Counted from the stretch's first letter, positions 50,413-64,000 are shown. The stretch is 64,000 bases of DNA from Stegostoma tigrinum (GCF_030684315.1 NC_081380.1:3810342-3874341); one strand, 5' to 3'. Program-made: numbers and translations. Notes: generated by a model not told the origin, from the letters alone.

Positions 50413-50599
50413 TTTTAAAATTTGTAAGTGAAAGGATTTGTAAATTGCCATACCATGGTGCCTAAGTTAATGACTGATAGTATAATGAGAAGAAAAAACA
50501 TAAAAGTTCATCACAATTCAATTAATGGCTCTTGGGTTTGGGGGTACACTGGAAAACTGAGGTGAAACTGCCACACAAGGCTGGGCTGAGACTGTCACG

Positions 50600-51150
50600 C
50601 TGAGACGAGACCTCCACAGTGAGACTAGTCCCTCACACTGGGCTGCTGGAATAGCCAGAAATGGCCGTAGAAGACCTCCATGCCAAGCCGAGACTGCTAC
50701 CCCAGGCAGAGACCTCCACACCAGGCCGGGACCACCACATCAGGTCAAGATCTCCATATCAGGCCAAGATCTCTACGCCAGGCCACGGCCTCCACACTAG
50801 GCTGGGACCTCCACAACAGACCAGGACCTCGACAACAGGCCAAGACCTCTACGCCAGCCAAAACCTCTACGCCAGGCCAGGACCTCCTCATGAGGCCAAG
50901 AACTCCAAGCCAGGCCGAGAGCTTCATGTCAGACCGAGACCTCCAAGCCAAGCCAAGACCTCTAGGCCAGTATAGGGCCTCCACACTAGGCCGACACCTC
51001 CACACCAGGCCAGGACCACTACCTCAGGTGGAGACCTCCACAACAGGCCGATACCTCCACACCAGGCCAAGACCATCCCTCCAGTACCAGAGAGCCACAC
51101 TGAGATATCGCCCCAACAGGTCCCAGGCCTACACCACCATTCCAGGCCAC
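50600..51150. repeat. Degenerate ~19-bp minisatellite (consensus CCAGGCCGAGACCTCCACA)
   Basis: Roughly 25 tandem, diverged units. Confidence 0.9.
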
Positions 51151-52425
51151 GGGAAGCTACCTTGTTGCCAGGCATGTTTTGGGAGAAGACATCTCCTGCC
51201 AAATCCGATAAAAGAAGGTAAGGTGCCATAATATGGAAACATTAAAGAAAAGCATAGAAAGAGAAAGAAAGTAAAGCAGATGAAATAGACAAGCTCTGGC
51301 TGAGGAACTTACACCATGCACTGTTACTTTGCCACCATCTTGGAATTTTGGAACCTCATGGACCTTGTATCTACTTTGATTGACATAGAGTGCTCACAGG
51401 GGACCATGCTGATAGCCAATGGCTTCCTGAACAGCTGACAAGTCCAGAACCAGCTGGAAGTTCATCACAGTTAATCTCTGGGCCAGCGACAGGGCAAGTA
51501 CCAACTGTAATACAGGGCCAACGTTCACAATTATCATCACATTCGTTAAAATCTGCTCTGTTCGATTTGACTGCTGCATTCCTACATTACAACAGCGACC
51601 ACACTTGTAAAGTATATCAGCTGAAAGCATCATGGAACATCTGAGGTCACGGAAGGTGCAGTAGAAATGCAGGTCTTTGCTTTCTGTCATCAGATCAGTC
51701 ATTGACCTGATTTGTCAGCTCTGTTTCTGTCTGTTGAGTGGCTGATTAATCTGCTGAGTGTTTCCAGAATCTTCTGTTTTTATTTCAGGAAACTCTGCCT
51801 TTGTTCGATGCACTCAAGAATCCATCTCAAAGCACTTCACTGAAGAGGACTATGAATGGAATCACCTCAAAGGTTTATTAACTTTCAGACTTGAAAGTGA
51901 GTGCATTCTTTTAGAATATAAAATCCTATTGTACAAAGTGAGTTCAGAGTCTTCTCAGTTGTGTTTATATTGCAGAGAGCTTACAATTTGCAAAGATAGA
52001 TGCAATGTGTCATTGAAAGAGAGTGTCTGGGTTCACAGTGTTTCCTGCATACAGTAGACCATTCGTTGACACCTAGCTTTGCATTGAACCCATATCCTGT
52101 TATGATACCAGGGCACAGAATCTTCAGTAAACCGTTCTTCTTTTTGAGACCCGTGCATGGTACCAGACATGCACAGTGCGCTGTGGACGTGCCCTATGCG
52201 TTCACTGGTGTGGTCTGTACTACTCACTGGCCCAAACGTCTATTTCTAAGAAACTCCAGGTCTCTATTGAAGGGTTTAAAAGTGAGTTTGACAAAACAAG
52301 TGTTAACAAGTCAAAACCATTGGGCGAGTTAACAATGGACAATTAACCCACCACCCTATAGCAAAGAATCTGCATTCTTCACTGGAGCAACACTTTTTTT
52401 TCAGAACACTATACTGAGCACAGGT

Positions 52426-52781
52426 TCATAGAATCCCTACAGTGTGGAAGCAGCCCATTCAGCTCATCAAGTCCACACTGAACCTCTGAAGAGCACTCCA
52501 CCCTCATCCACACCCACCCTATCCCTGTAAACCTGCATTCCCCATGGCTAATCCACCTAGACTGTACACCCCCAGGCACTACGAACAAGTTAGCCTGCCC
52601 AATCCACCCCAACCTGGACATCTTTGGACTGTAGGAGGAAACTGGAGCGCCCAGAGAAAACCCATTCAGACATGGAGAGAATGTGCAAACTCCACATAGA
52701 CAGCCACCCGAGGGTTGATTCATACCGAGGTTCCTGGTGCTGTGAGGCAGCGGTGCTACCCACTGATGCACCATGCCACCC
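52426..52781 (-). mobile_element. HE1-type V-SINE
   Basis: tRNA head plus V-domain, reverse orientation. Confidence 0.88.
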
Positions 52782-53039
52782 TAGCTTGAGTTGCCCTGTC
52801 ATATCCTTCTGTTTGGAGAAATGCAATTGCACTTACTGGCATGCTATAGTCATCTGAGTTCAACTTCAGCTGTAACGGGCTTTGTGTATAGTCTGAGGTA
52901 AACAATAAAACTTCATAACTTGTAATATTCCATCAGAGTGGTATTGCTGAAAATATTTGGATTTTCAGAGACGTAAAAGACCCAGCCACTGGAAAATCAC
53001 TAGCCTGCAAGAAGCAAGAAATGCAGTTGTCTGCATTAC

Positions 53040-56000
53040 TGGATGAGTAAAAATGGTTGTGCAATTTCAATTTCCTGCTGCTGCTGAAATGGAGGAAGGT
53101 ATGAGACAGAACAGTTGTTTTTTCATTCCCAGTGGTGCAACTATGGAATACCTATGGAATTAATTTTGAAAGACTGAGCAAATAAAGGTAGCAGTCGAAC
53201 TATCAGTGCTGGGACAGAGGGCTTCAAGTTGTACTGCAGTCATAGAGTAGAGTCATAGAGTAATACAGCATGGAAAGCCTAGATATCGCTGAGGAGTAGA
53301 AAAACCAGACGCAGAGATATTGTAAGTTCGGAAACTCATTAACATTTCATCTGAATGGTATTTGTTCAATTCAGAGCTGAGGAAAGGGGAAACTATTAAT
53401 CAATATGCAAACTCACTGATACATCGAGCTGAATCCTATGCATTTGGATGGCTGAAAGATGAACTAGTCATACTGTCATTGGCACGAGGTATTTTGCCAT
53501 GAAAGCATGGCTGCTCAGAAAAGAAAGCAATCAGCATTTGCAGAAGCTCTGATGTCGATTATCAGCAAGAACAAATTAATGGGAAATCAGTCAAGGTTTT
53601 GTTTTATGCTGAGGGACTTCCCAGCTGAATGAGAACAACATATTTGATAAAAAGAGGACATATTCCAGAAGAGCCAGCAGGAAGGTGAGGAGCATAAGGA
53701 TGATTGTGAGTGTTGCAGAAGGCATCATGTCAAAGCAAAGGAAGCATGCTCCACTTGGGCTCGTAATGAAAGAAGATCAATCACTTTGCAGTAAGTGTTT
53801 AGCTCAAAACAAGAAAAGCAAGTCTATAAAGATGTCTGCTGGCAACATGGAACAGGTGAGCATCATCAGGCGGCTCGTGGTTTTTGACAGTTAGAATGAT
53901 AACTGCCGAAGAAGCACACCAGGTCAATGTGGAGAGTCAGATAGACATTGATGCTTTGTGCAAAGCCACAAGCTTTGCAGACCTGTCTTAAATATCTGAA
54001 CATGGTGACAACCAAAGAAAGTCCTTTCAAGGTAAAATTGAGAAAATTGATGGAACAAACCTCGTGCGTTCCCAGCTGATAGTGATAGATGGACAATTCA
54101 GATCCGAGACTGATTTGAGAGACTGTAAGTTTTAGTTTTGCTTTTTGTTTACCATAGTGGCCAGTTATTGAAAGTATTCACAAAAGGTTAGCAATGAACT
54201 TTTAACAAAACAATACGAAAGCTTATTACAGAAAAAAGAAAATGAACAATAAATATATTACACTGTACAAGATTGATTTGAAATAGTCTTATTACAAATA
54301 TCAGAAATAAAGATCCTACCCTTTTACCTCCCATAACAACCTTACAGATACTCACGCCATCTTCACTTTAAAGTGCTTTAGAATATAGCACATAGAACAA
54401 CACAGCATAGTACAGGCCCTTCGGCCCACGATGTTGTGCCGAACCTTTACCCTAAACCTAAGGCCTATCTAACCTCCATCCCTACCTTATACCATCATCC
54501 ATATGCCTATCTAATAGCCGCTTAAATGCCCCTAATGAAGCTGACTCCACTACCCTCTCCAGCGATGCATTCCACGCCCCTACCACTCTGAGTAAAGAAC
54601 CTCCCTCTGATGTCTCCCCAATATCTACCTCCACTTACTTTAAAACTATGCCCCCTCATAATAGCTACCTCCACCCTAGAAAAAAGTCTCTGGCTGTCCA
54701 CTCTATCCATACCTCTGATTATTTTGTACACCTCTATCAAGCCACCTCTCATCCTTCGTCGTTCTAAAAAGTAAAGCCCTAGCTTTCTCAACCTTTCGTC
54801 GTAAGACCTTCCCTCCATTCCAGGCAACATCCTGGTAAATCTCTTCTGCACCTTTTTCCAACACTTCCACATCTTGTCTGTAATGAGGTGACCAGAACTG
54901 GACACAATGCTCCAGATGTGGCCGAACCAGGCTTTTGTATAGCTGGAGAATAACTTCACGGCTCTTGAACTCAATCCCTCTATTAATGAAAGCTAACACA
55001 CCATATGCCTTCTTAAAAACTCTATCCACCTGAGTGGCAGCTTTTAGGGAACTGTGGACATGAATCCCAAGATCCCTCAGCTCCTCGAGACTGCCGAGAA
55101 TCGTTCCGTTAACCCTGTATTCTGCTTTCAAGTTTGTCCTTCCAAAATGAATCACCTCACACTTTTCAGAGTTAAACTCCATCTGCCACTTCTCAGCCCA
55201 GCTCTGCATCCTATCAATGTCCCTTTGTAACCTAGAACAGCCCTTCACACTATCCACAACTTGAACCATCTTCGTATCATCACCTTGTTGAGTAAGCATA
55301 GCCGTGGTTGGCTTCTGGAACTTTCTTCCATCCGACGTCAACACAGTTTCTGGGGAAGCAAATGAGATTTCATGTGCGCAGCTTCCAGCAATTTCCGGCC
55401 AGTTTCCTTCCTACCATAGCACTTCAAGCTCTACTGTCATGTATTGAAAGGTAAAGTGCCTCTGGGTGATTTTCTCTCAAGCAATGCAAGATTTTTTAAT
55501 TTTCCCCAGGCTTGACTAAACTAACAGCACCTCCTTTCTCTGACTGAACCTGCACATTGCTGGAGTTTTTGGATAGTTCTGTCTTTCTGTGACATTGGGT
55601 GCCTGTCGCTAGGCAGCAGCATCTATTTTAGTCTATCCTAGCTTCCAACGCACTGAACTATTCACCTTGAAGGTTTTATGTACCTCATTTAGATGCGTAT
55701 TAACAAAACTTCAGACTTATCATTACCACTTAGAGAACTGAAAAATGAAACTGAAACTATATACCCCGCCTTTCTTTCACACAGAATGTAAAAATGCAAT
55801 CAAACTTTAATTGTTCTTCCATGTTAGAACCCTCATTTCCAAATAATAAGAACAAAATGTTATAATTATGCATCACAGTAAATGAAGCTAAAAGCCTAAT
55901 TCAAAGGCAAAGACAAAGATCTTAAGCTCCAGATAGTAGATTTGATACAAAATTTACTCTCTCTGTTGAAGCAAGTTCAGAATATTAATCCTAAACTTCC

Positions 56001-57100
56001 TAAATTCTAAAGCACATGAAAGAGACCAATTTAGCAACTGGCCCTAAGTCCATCCTGAAAGGTGAGGAGCTGGAAATAAATAGAGTAATCAAGAATGGAA
56101 CAACTGCTAAAAACTGGATTAGCAGCATGTGGCAGTGAAAATCTTTGGAAAGCCGAGAGGGTCCAGAGAAACAAATGATCTCAATAGATCTTTGAAGATC
56201 TCTTTGAAGAAATGCTCTTTGGATGGTTGGTGCGGAACCTAGGGAAACTGCCATAGAGAGCTTGCCAGAAGAACCTGAAGCTGAACAAGCAATGAATGTA
56301 AATTGAAAATACCTGAAGTTGAGTACGTAGGTCATGTACAAACAACAAAAGGACTTCACCTGGATCCTGACAGGGTGAGACCTGCAGGAGGGATGCAGCA
56401 CCCAACAGATGTGAAAACAATGCACCAGTTTGCTGGATTAGTGAATAGTTTAGCAAGATTTTTGTTGAATTTGTCCCCAGAGTGTGAATATCTGCTCCAG
56501 TTCAGTGTTAAGAATGTGCAGTGGGACTCGGACATAGAACAAAAAGCAATTTTTGTACCAGAATCAAATAAGTGATGACAACACCAGAGCTGAGGTGTGA
56601 TGATGTCAATGATGAAGTCACCTCGTAGTGTGCTGCCTGTGAGACATGGACTGGGGAATACTACTGTAGCATAGGCAGCCAATTGTGTTTGCATCCAGGA
56701 TGTCAATGCAAACTGAATAATGCCATTCTCAGATTGAGAAAGAGAGCTGAGTTTTTGCATGTGTGAGCATTTTAATCACTAATTGTTTGGTAGAGATAAA
56801 ATGACAGTGTATTTTGACTATAAGCCTTATTAAAAGCACTTTTCCCAAACCACTTCCATCTGCTCCAAGTCATCCAGAAAGAATGTTACTTCGTTTGCAG
56901 AGACGTCACATGGACGTAACATGCACGCAAGGGAAGCAGATGGAAATTTTTGACATATTGTCGGGAGAACATTCCCTATCAGAAAAGTATGGGACGCTAA
57001 GTGCCGAAATCTTCCACATTCAATGAGATGCAATAGCTTCACATGTTCTGGAAGCCATCAAGTCAGTAGAGACATTGAATCTGAAAGACAAGCTTTGTTC
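53040..57100 (+). mobile_element. Degraded Ty3/Gypsy internal region (gag..RT/RNase H), interrupted
   Basis: PEVEYVGHV.T.KGL..DPDRV..GMQHPTD.K.M.QFAGLVNSLARFL.NLS and APSHPERMLLRLQR..MDV...QGKQMEI.DILS. A gag-like relic at 53040-53830 is weaker. Confidence 0.8.
54378..55282 (-). mobile_element. Young CR1 LINE 3' fragment
   Basis: DDTKM..VVDS..GC.RLQRDIDRMQSWAEKWQMEFN.EKCEV.HFG...LYKSLVRPHLEHCVQFWSP, with a frameshift linking ORFs 54703-55344 and 54522-54974. Confidence 0.95.
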
Positions 57101-58740
57101 TGCCTGTACAACATCGCAGTGTGTTCGGCACAAGAACCTCATTGCTGTGTTTAAGATTCTGCCTAGATATTGTGTGGCTCACTGTTAAGGTCACATGACT
57201 ACAGCTGACTATGACAGACATTTGTTCATTGTATTTCAATCCAAACACTTCCCTTTTGATACAAACAAAAAGGCATGGATCATCACGTACATTTTTATTA
57301 ATCTGGTTTACCAACTATGTACAACTCCTGATCTCCTGCCTTAGCAGTGTGCTATTTCCAGCAGGCTGTGTACAAACAGAGGAAATCCTTTTCAATCATG
57401 CATGTCTCTCTATGCTGTTGTCATTGGTTATTCATCTGGGGGTGATGTTGTTTCTCCAGGAAATGTTGTTGCTGTGTCTGTTGTTCCTGTGGTAGGTGCT
57501 GTCGTTCTGTTTCTGTTGCTGGGTTGTTGTGACCTCTGGGCTGGTGTGTGATCCGCGCAGTTCGCCTTTACCTGAGCAGCTGCCTGAGGCTGAGCATTTG
57601 TGCCTGTGGCTGGCAAGAGTCTATATGGTCATTCAGATATCAACTGAGGCAACAACTATGGTGTGCAGATCCCAAGTAACCGCTTGGACTGGCTTTTGCT
57701 GAGATCATTGTTTGTTTGCACCCTGACCAGCTCTCCAATACGTAACTCTGGCGATGGTGTTGCAGTGCCGTCAAAACTGCATTGGGTTTCCATCATTTCA
57801 TTTGGGTTTTGTCACTCACATTAGTTACAACTTCCGGCTTCAGTTGGTTTTAAGCGATTTGAAGAGTAGTTTGTGTGTCATGTGACATTAGTCTTTGTAT
57901 TGGACTACTGCCCAGGTCTTCACTGGGTCTATTACTCCATTTCAAGGATTGCCCTGTGTTGATCTGTGTGGGATTTGCTCAATATCTTTGAGTCCTTTCA
58001 CAATCTTCCTTCCTGCCTCAGCCTTTCTATTTGACTGGGGATAGTGTGGAGAGAACGTGTGCTGTTCACTCGTGAACTAGGGACTAATATCACTTACAAC
58101 AATGTTGGTAATGCCATAACAGCTGAAGTGTGCTTTTAAGCATTCAACAATTTAGCAGTAATCCTTGAAGTCAATTAGTTCATGTCCCAGCAATCTGAAT
58201 TGTAGTCTACTGTGACAAGATAATCAGTTCATGTGAATATGAGGAGGCCTATGCCCAGCTTTATCCATGATCTGTTTGGGATGCTGTGGGTCACCAGGGG
58301 CTCTCTAGCTTGCTTAGCTCAGTACACATTACAAGCACTGCACTGGCTGATGTGCTCCCTAATTTTGTTACTCATGTTTGGCCAGTACAGCACATCTCTT
58401 GCCTTCCTCAGACCTGATTCAATTCTTCGCTGACTTGAAAGAATGCATTTTAGCATTTGTTCTCTCATGATGCCCACATTAATATTCTTCCAGAGCAGCA
58501 GAATTATCAAATGGCACATGCACCCACCTATATCTCCTGAAGGGTGTCCAGAATGTAGTTAGAAACCAGATGCCTTCATTCAGCTTCACTTGCTCTAACC
58601 ATCCTTCCCATGAAGGGTGGTAAAGACTTCGCAAATTGCAGCAAAATTTCTCAGTGGTTGGCATGTAGCAGTGAGATCTCTTCAGGACTTTCTTCAGACC
58701 CCTTGGGTCAATGTGTTCTCTAAGCTTTCCAGGCTGTGTC
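57100..58740 (-). mobile_element. Gypsy integrase and 3' region, opposite in orientation to the adjacent RT/RNase H
   Basis: MREQMLKCI.SSQ..IES.LRKARDVLYWPNMSNKIREHISQCSACN (integrase zinc-binding domain). PPT-like AAAAGGGAAG on minus at ~57248-57257. Confidence 0.85.
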
Positions 58741-60129
58741 CCCGCTACCATGCTGCTAATCAGCAGGAAGTTTCGTTGCCCATGTTTAACTTAAAGCCAT
58801 GAGGCTTCATGGGGTCCAGAGTCAACATCGAGAGCTCTTTGAGCAACTCCCTCCTGACTGTATCCCACTGTGTCACCCGCTCTGCTGTCTGTCCTGCTGG
58901 TGAGACAGGACATATCCAGGGATGGTGATGGTGAGACATTGTTTGTAAGGTGAGTATGAATATGTCAGGCTGTTGCTTGACTAGTCTGTGAGACAGCTCT
59001 CCCAATTTTGGCACGGACCCCCAGATGTTAGTGAGGAGGACTTTGCAGGATCAACAGTGCTGTTTCTGCCGTTGTCTTTTCCAGTGTCTGGGTTGATACT
59101 GTTGTGGAGAATGACCAGGAGACGTAGAGAGTTCTTCAAGGAAGTAAACCTTTATTTGCAAACAATGGCTGTGACAATCAGAAAGTGGTTTTCCGATCGC
59201 CCCCAATCCTCGGGGCTTGTTATCTTTTATACCTTTTCAGTTATTATGCTCTTTCTCAGGTTGTCAGCATAACCGATTGTGTTAATTAGCGTTATCTCAC
59301 CAAGCTATTCATCTGCTGAATCATCTCTGCTACAATTATTTCTCAACTTATTAGACTCTGATTATTTTCTGCTGCAATGGTCTCCCACTGCGCACCTAAT
59401 TAGTGTTATCATGGCCTTCAATATTTGAGATTACATATCACATGATGGTTCTACCTTAATCACACTGAGCTACCATTGCTCCAGTTCCCCTAGTACCACC
59501 TAATGCATTGCCATCTAATACCACCTAATCTATTACATTATGTCATTATGGCCCTCAGCCTGTTTACCTTTATGTCACATGATTTGACTTGACTAACCTA
59601 TTCTTACTGTCTTCCATTCATATATACTTAATTTGTTCCATGTAGCCCCATGTCAATTATCTTATTGCTTTGTATGTTCCATTTTATTTTCCATAATACC
59701 ATGTGATCCACTCAGTCTCATTTCTTGGAGACTTTGTAGCGATTGGTACAAGTAAATGGCTTGCTAAGCCATTTCAGAGGGCAGTTGAGTGTCAACCACA
59801 TAGCTGTGGATCTGGAGTCACATGTGAGGGTGAGGGTGGTAGATTTCCTCCTTCATCAGGACTCAGTGAAGCAGATGGGTTTTTCCGACAATCGGCAATG
59901 ATTTCATGGTGATCAGTAGATCCTTGATTCCAGACTTTTTTTGTGAATTCCAATTCCACCATCCGTCGTGGTGGGATACGAACATGGGTCCCCAGAACAT
60001 CAGCTGGGCTTCTGGATTAATCGTCTACTGATAGTACTGCTAGGCCATCACCTACCCCATGAGAACCTGCAGCTGCTCTCTCTCTCTAATTCACACTATC
60101 ATTTAATTACATAAATTCACCACTTTCAG

Positions 60130-62500
60130 CAAGTCATGGTGACCGGGCCTACATCCTGAAGGACTGCGGCTCAGTGTGGGTATAGTCAGATCCGAGATTC
60201 AGACACTGCAGCACATTTGGGAGATAAAGGGGGAGAGGGAGAGATAGAGAGAGATAGAGAGAGCGAGAGAGCAGAGAAAGAGAGAGAGAGAGTAGAGAAA
60301 GAGAGAGTTACCTTGACTCTGGGTTCCAGCCAGCCAAACCATGTCCTTTAAATATTTCAAACTGGTCAGGGGCAGAGGGATGTGACAATAAGGGAAAGGG
60401 ATCCTGAATGGAGTATTGAAGTTGCCCCAGTCTGGACCTTGTACAACAAAGGCCACAAGGTACTTGCTCCCTGTATGGATGTGGAAGTGTCTGCAGGGAG
60501 AACGGTCAAAATGACCACTGCACCATAGTCCAGGAAGCCATTCGAGCGATGACAGCACAAAGAGAACTGATAGCGCTCGGGGATTCGACAATCAGGGGCA
60601 CAGATCCTGTGTGAGCAAGATCGAGGGTCCCACATGGCGTGTTGTCTTCCTGGAGCCAAGGTGAAGGATACCTCAAGTCATCTCAAAAGGATCCCGGAGA
60701 GCGAGGGGACCAGTTATTATGGCCCATGTTGGCGCCAAAATCATTGGCAAGAGTAGGCCAGGGGTGCTGTTTGAGCAATGTCAGGAATTAGGAACAAAAC
60801 TAAAAAAAAAAGGCCCTCAAAGACTATAATCTCTGCATTAGTATGCGAGTCTCATGCAAACTGGCAAAGAGATAACATATTGGGAAAGTGAACCTGTGGC
60901 TAAAGGAGTGGCATGGGAAAGAGGGCTTTCATTATGCAGTACTGGCACAGGTGAGAACTGTACCTTTAGGATAAGCTCCACCCGAATCTAGGACCAGGAT
61001 CTGAGCGGAAAGGCTAAACAAAATGGTTACAAGGACTTTATTTGAAAGAGGGGAGGGTTCAGCAGAGTTCATTAAAATTCCCAGAACAAGTAATAAGCCA
61101 GGGAGTGTGGAAAAGGGTCAAGAATCTAACTACAGGCACCACAGATAAGGGGACAACTATGAGAAGGACGGCCAGTCAATGCAGGACTGAGGGTGTTGTA
61201 GTTAAATGTGTGCAGTATATGAAACGAGCTTGTTGTGCAAACTGAAACTGGCAGGTATGATGTTGTGGGTATCACAGAAATGTGGCAGGAAGGGGAACGA
61301 AATAAGTGTCCTATCAATAGGATGGGCAGATGGCTAGAGGGAGTAGAGTTGCTTTGCTAGTAAGAAATGAAATTAAATCAATAGCAAGAAGTACTTTAAC
61401 CCCTCAGCCGGGTTCATATGGTAAAACCCTACTGTTTAGCACAAGCACATAGCCAGGAGGCTGATAATGGTAGTCAGCAAACCTCGGTCAAGTTAATGGG
61501 GACAGCCTTTGCTCAAGGGTTCCTGGTTCCTCGAAAACGGCCTCCAGTAACAATCCAGGCCTTGCTCAATACCGACAGCGGAAGATGCTCTCCTCATAAG
61601 GGGCGAGGAGCCAAATTTTGGACAGCACATCAACTGTCCCGGCTCTTTCTGCCTTATTGTGGGCTGCTTTCCTCCTGGAGCTAGAGAGAGAGGGGCAGGT
61701 ACTAAGAAGAGATGAAAGTGGGCTGCACTGTTGGTGCTGATGGGGAGGAGTGAGTGTGTTGGCAATGCAGTGGGCATGCAGGGTCAGGGTCAGGGGAATG
61801 GAAGGGAGTGAGGAAGATGTTTCAGGCATATCAGATAGCAGTAACTATGAGGATCGTGGCAGCCTGGTACAGTAACAGATAGAATGAGTGTGAGGTAGTG
61901 ACAGGAGATGGTGTAACTTACTCTAGCTGAGTATATCAGGTAATAAGGAAGGCATGTGGAATTTGTAAATGGCATATATTGTTAAAAGAATTGAGTATAA
62001 GAATGGGGAAAACATTGCTGCAATTGTACAAGGCATTAGTGAGACTGCATTCGAAGGTATTACATATAACTTGGTTCCCTTTGCTTGAGGAGGAATGTAG
62101 TTGCATCGGAGGCAGTTCAGAGAAGGTTCACTGGACTGGTTCCAGAGATGGAGGGAGAAGGGGTTGGATTTGTCTTATGAAGAGAGATTGGCCAGGTTAG
62201 ACAGATACTCTCAGGAGTTTAGAAGAATGAAAAGTGATCTAACTGAGGCCAATAAGATGCTAAAGAAGATTGCTAAAGTAAAAAGGGTGTTTCCATTTTT
62301 GGGGCAATCTAGACCAAGACAACGCAGTTTTGGGTTAAGGGGTGCCACATTAAAAATAGAGATGAGGAGAAGTTATTTCTCTCCAAGGATCATGATTTTG
62401 CGGAATTCGCTACCACATTGAGTAAATTTATAGAAGTGACCGATTTTTAATTAGTAATGAGTTGAAGGTTTATGGAGAGCGGGCAGGAAAGTGGAGTTTC
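60130..62500 (+). mobile_element. Internally deleted CR1 LINE retaining an ORF1 SGNH-esterase relic
   Basis: 60568-60672 reads ..IALGDSTIRGTD..CEQDRGSHMACCLPGAKVKD (CR1 ORF1 esterase, with a frameshift). Near 61255 YDVVGITEMW (endonuclease). 61979-62421 is the ORF2 C-terminus. Confidence 0.8.
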
Positions 62501-63395
62501 AACGGCCCACTCCTGCCCTGAGCTCTGGTGTTAACGTACTGACATCGAGAGCTGGATTTTCAGACCAGAGTTTGGAGTCAGTATATGGTGTTCAGTATAA
62601 CAAAGTGTGGAGCTGGACGAACACAGCAGGCCAAGCAGCATCTCAGGAGCACTAAAACTGACGTTTCGGGCAGGTTTGCTCATGTGAAGTGAACATGTCC
62701 CTCCCTATGGGATGATGAGTAAATTTGTGTTCAGTGACAGTGCAAAACAGCTGATGGAGAATTATCTGCCCAGTTTACACCCTGACCCAATGTTTCTGAC
62801 TTATTATCATTTGCTTTGCTGACCTCACCTCAAATTTTCAATATAGTCCCCACAGCCTCTTAGAATTACAGCCTGTAAATTCCCACAGACCACACCAGTG
62901 CAGACACAGGCGCCTCCACAGTACACTTTGCATATTTAGTGCCCTGCGTGGCTCTCAAAATGAAGAGCTCCTCATTGAAAGCACTGAGCCCCTGTCTCTT
63001 AACAGGATATGGCTTTAGTGACATTTTCTGGTCTTTATGCTGGGAACATCAGCTCCTCTAGGTTCACACACCATTCTGACTTGCATCCTGTAACTCCTTC
63101 CCCAAACAGCGCTCTGTGGTTTTAAGAGGGTGAAATTGCTGGAAAATATCTGCAGGTCTTCCAGCGGAAATGGAGTCAACATTTTGAATCCAATACGGCT
63201 CTGCTTGCCAACTGAGAAAGAGATGGGATAATGATGGACTTTATGCTGCAGAGAAAGGTGGACAGGAACAAATAGGAATGAAGGGAGACACTGAGTTCAG
63301 CCTTTCCTGGGGTTATTGGTCTGCTCTGAACTCTCTCCTCAACAAATCATGTCTCAAGGTTTTTTAGACAAATCACAGAATATAACTGTTGTGAT

Positions 63396-63611
63396 TGTAA
63401 CAAGGTGAGCCAAGTGAAACCTATAGCATATGAGTTCCCTGACTGGGGTTGCTAATCTGGTCCAATCAGGGAGCCGAGGCTGACAGATATAAACAGGAGT
63501 ATCAGAAGTTCTGCCCACTTTGAGAGCTGGTTCTAAGGGAGGTGGATCATTGTCAGGTGTAAATAAAGGGTGACTTGGTGATGGGATTCCGTCCTCCATG
63601 GAGTTATTTCA
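63396..63611 (+). mobile_element. Short solo-LTR-like repeat
   Basis: TGTAAC...TTTCA ends, CCAATCAG, TATAAA and AATAAA in LTR order. Homologous to 16843-17041. Confidence 0.6.
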
Positions 63612-64000
63612 ATAACAATTCTATGATCTTAAGAAAATTAGATCTTTAATCATTACATTCATCCTGTTAATCTTAATAATCCACAGCTAATAATCCTCAC
63701 AGTGTTATGATCATCCATTTAGCATGGACAACAATAAAAATATATCTTTATATCCTTCCCCACCTCTAGTCCGATGCACCAAAGCCCAATAATGCAGTGT
63801 GCTGTGAAAACAAACACAGGTACAAGTGTTGCAGATTCACAAGGAGCATCACAGTGTTGTGTCTCATTTAATGACCTGTGGCTTTGCAATTTCATGGAAT
63901 ATATAATATCCATTGAATGTTACGAGAGTTTGGAAGGCACGTGGAACAGATGCATCTGCCAAATGGAAAGGAGACAGTGAGATTCGAGGTAAAACACATC

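Noticed and set aside
50661-51231. 183-aa and 104-aa repetitive ORFs; also considered as a CRISPR-like array
   Set aside because: By-products of a tandem minisatellite. There are no unique spacers or cas genes, and the context is eukaryotic.

Overview
This is eukaryotic, repeat-dense genomic DNA, most likely from a cartilaginous fish (shark), judged by its HE1/V-SINEs, Deu-domain SINE, CR1 LINEs and Penelope elements. The only host gene I can support is coding exon 1 of a P2X purinoceptor, best matching P2RX1 (minus strand, 21986-21844). The ORF track misses it because it is under 60 aa. I found no exon 2, so positions 1-21843 appear to be intron 1. Almost every listed ORF is a degraded TE frame or chance. 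The most notable structure is a set of Penelope-like pseudo-LTR (pLTR) sequences carrying minimal hammerhead-ribozyme cores. Four of them are fold-back (inverted) insertions of 192, 214, 808 and 4125 bp, each bounded by a single 11-15 bp target-site duplication. I also see a 409-bp direct and a 177-bp inverted local duplication, nested SINE/LINE stacks, two Gypsy relics, solo LTRs, a probable Harbinger relic and a 19-bp minisatellite. All calls are by eye, with no database search; TE boundaries are approximate unless a TSD is given.
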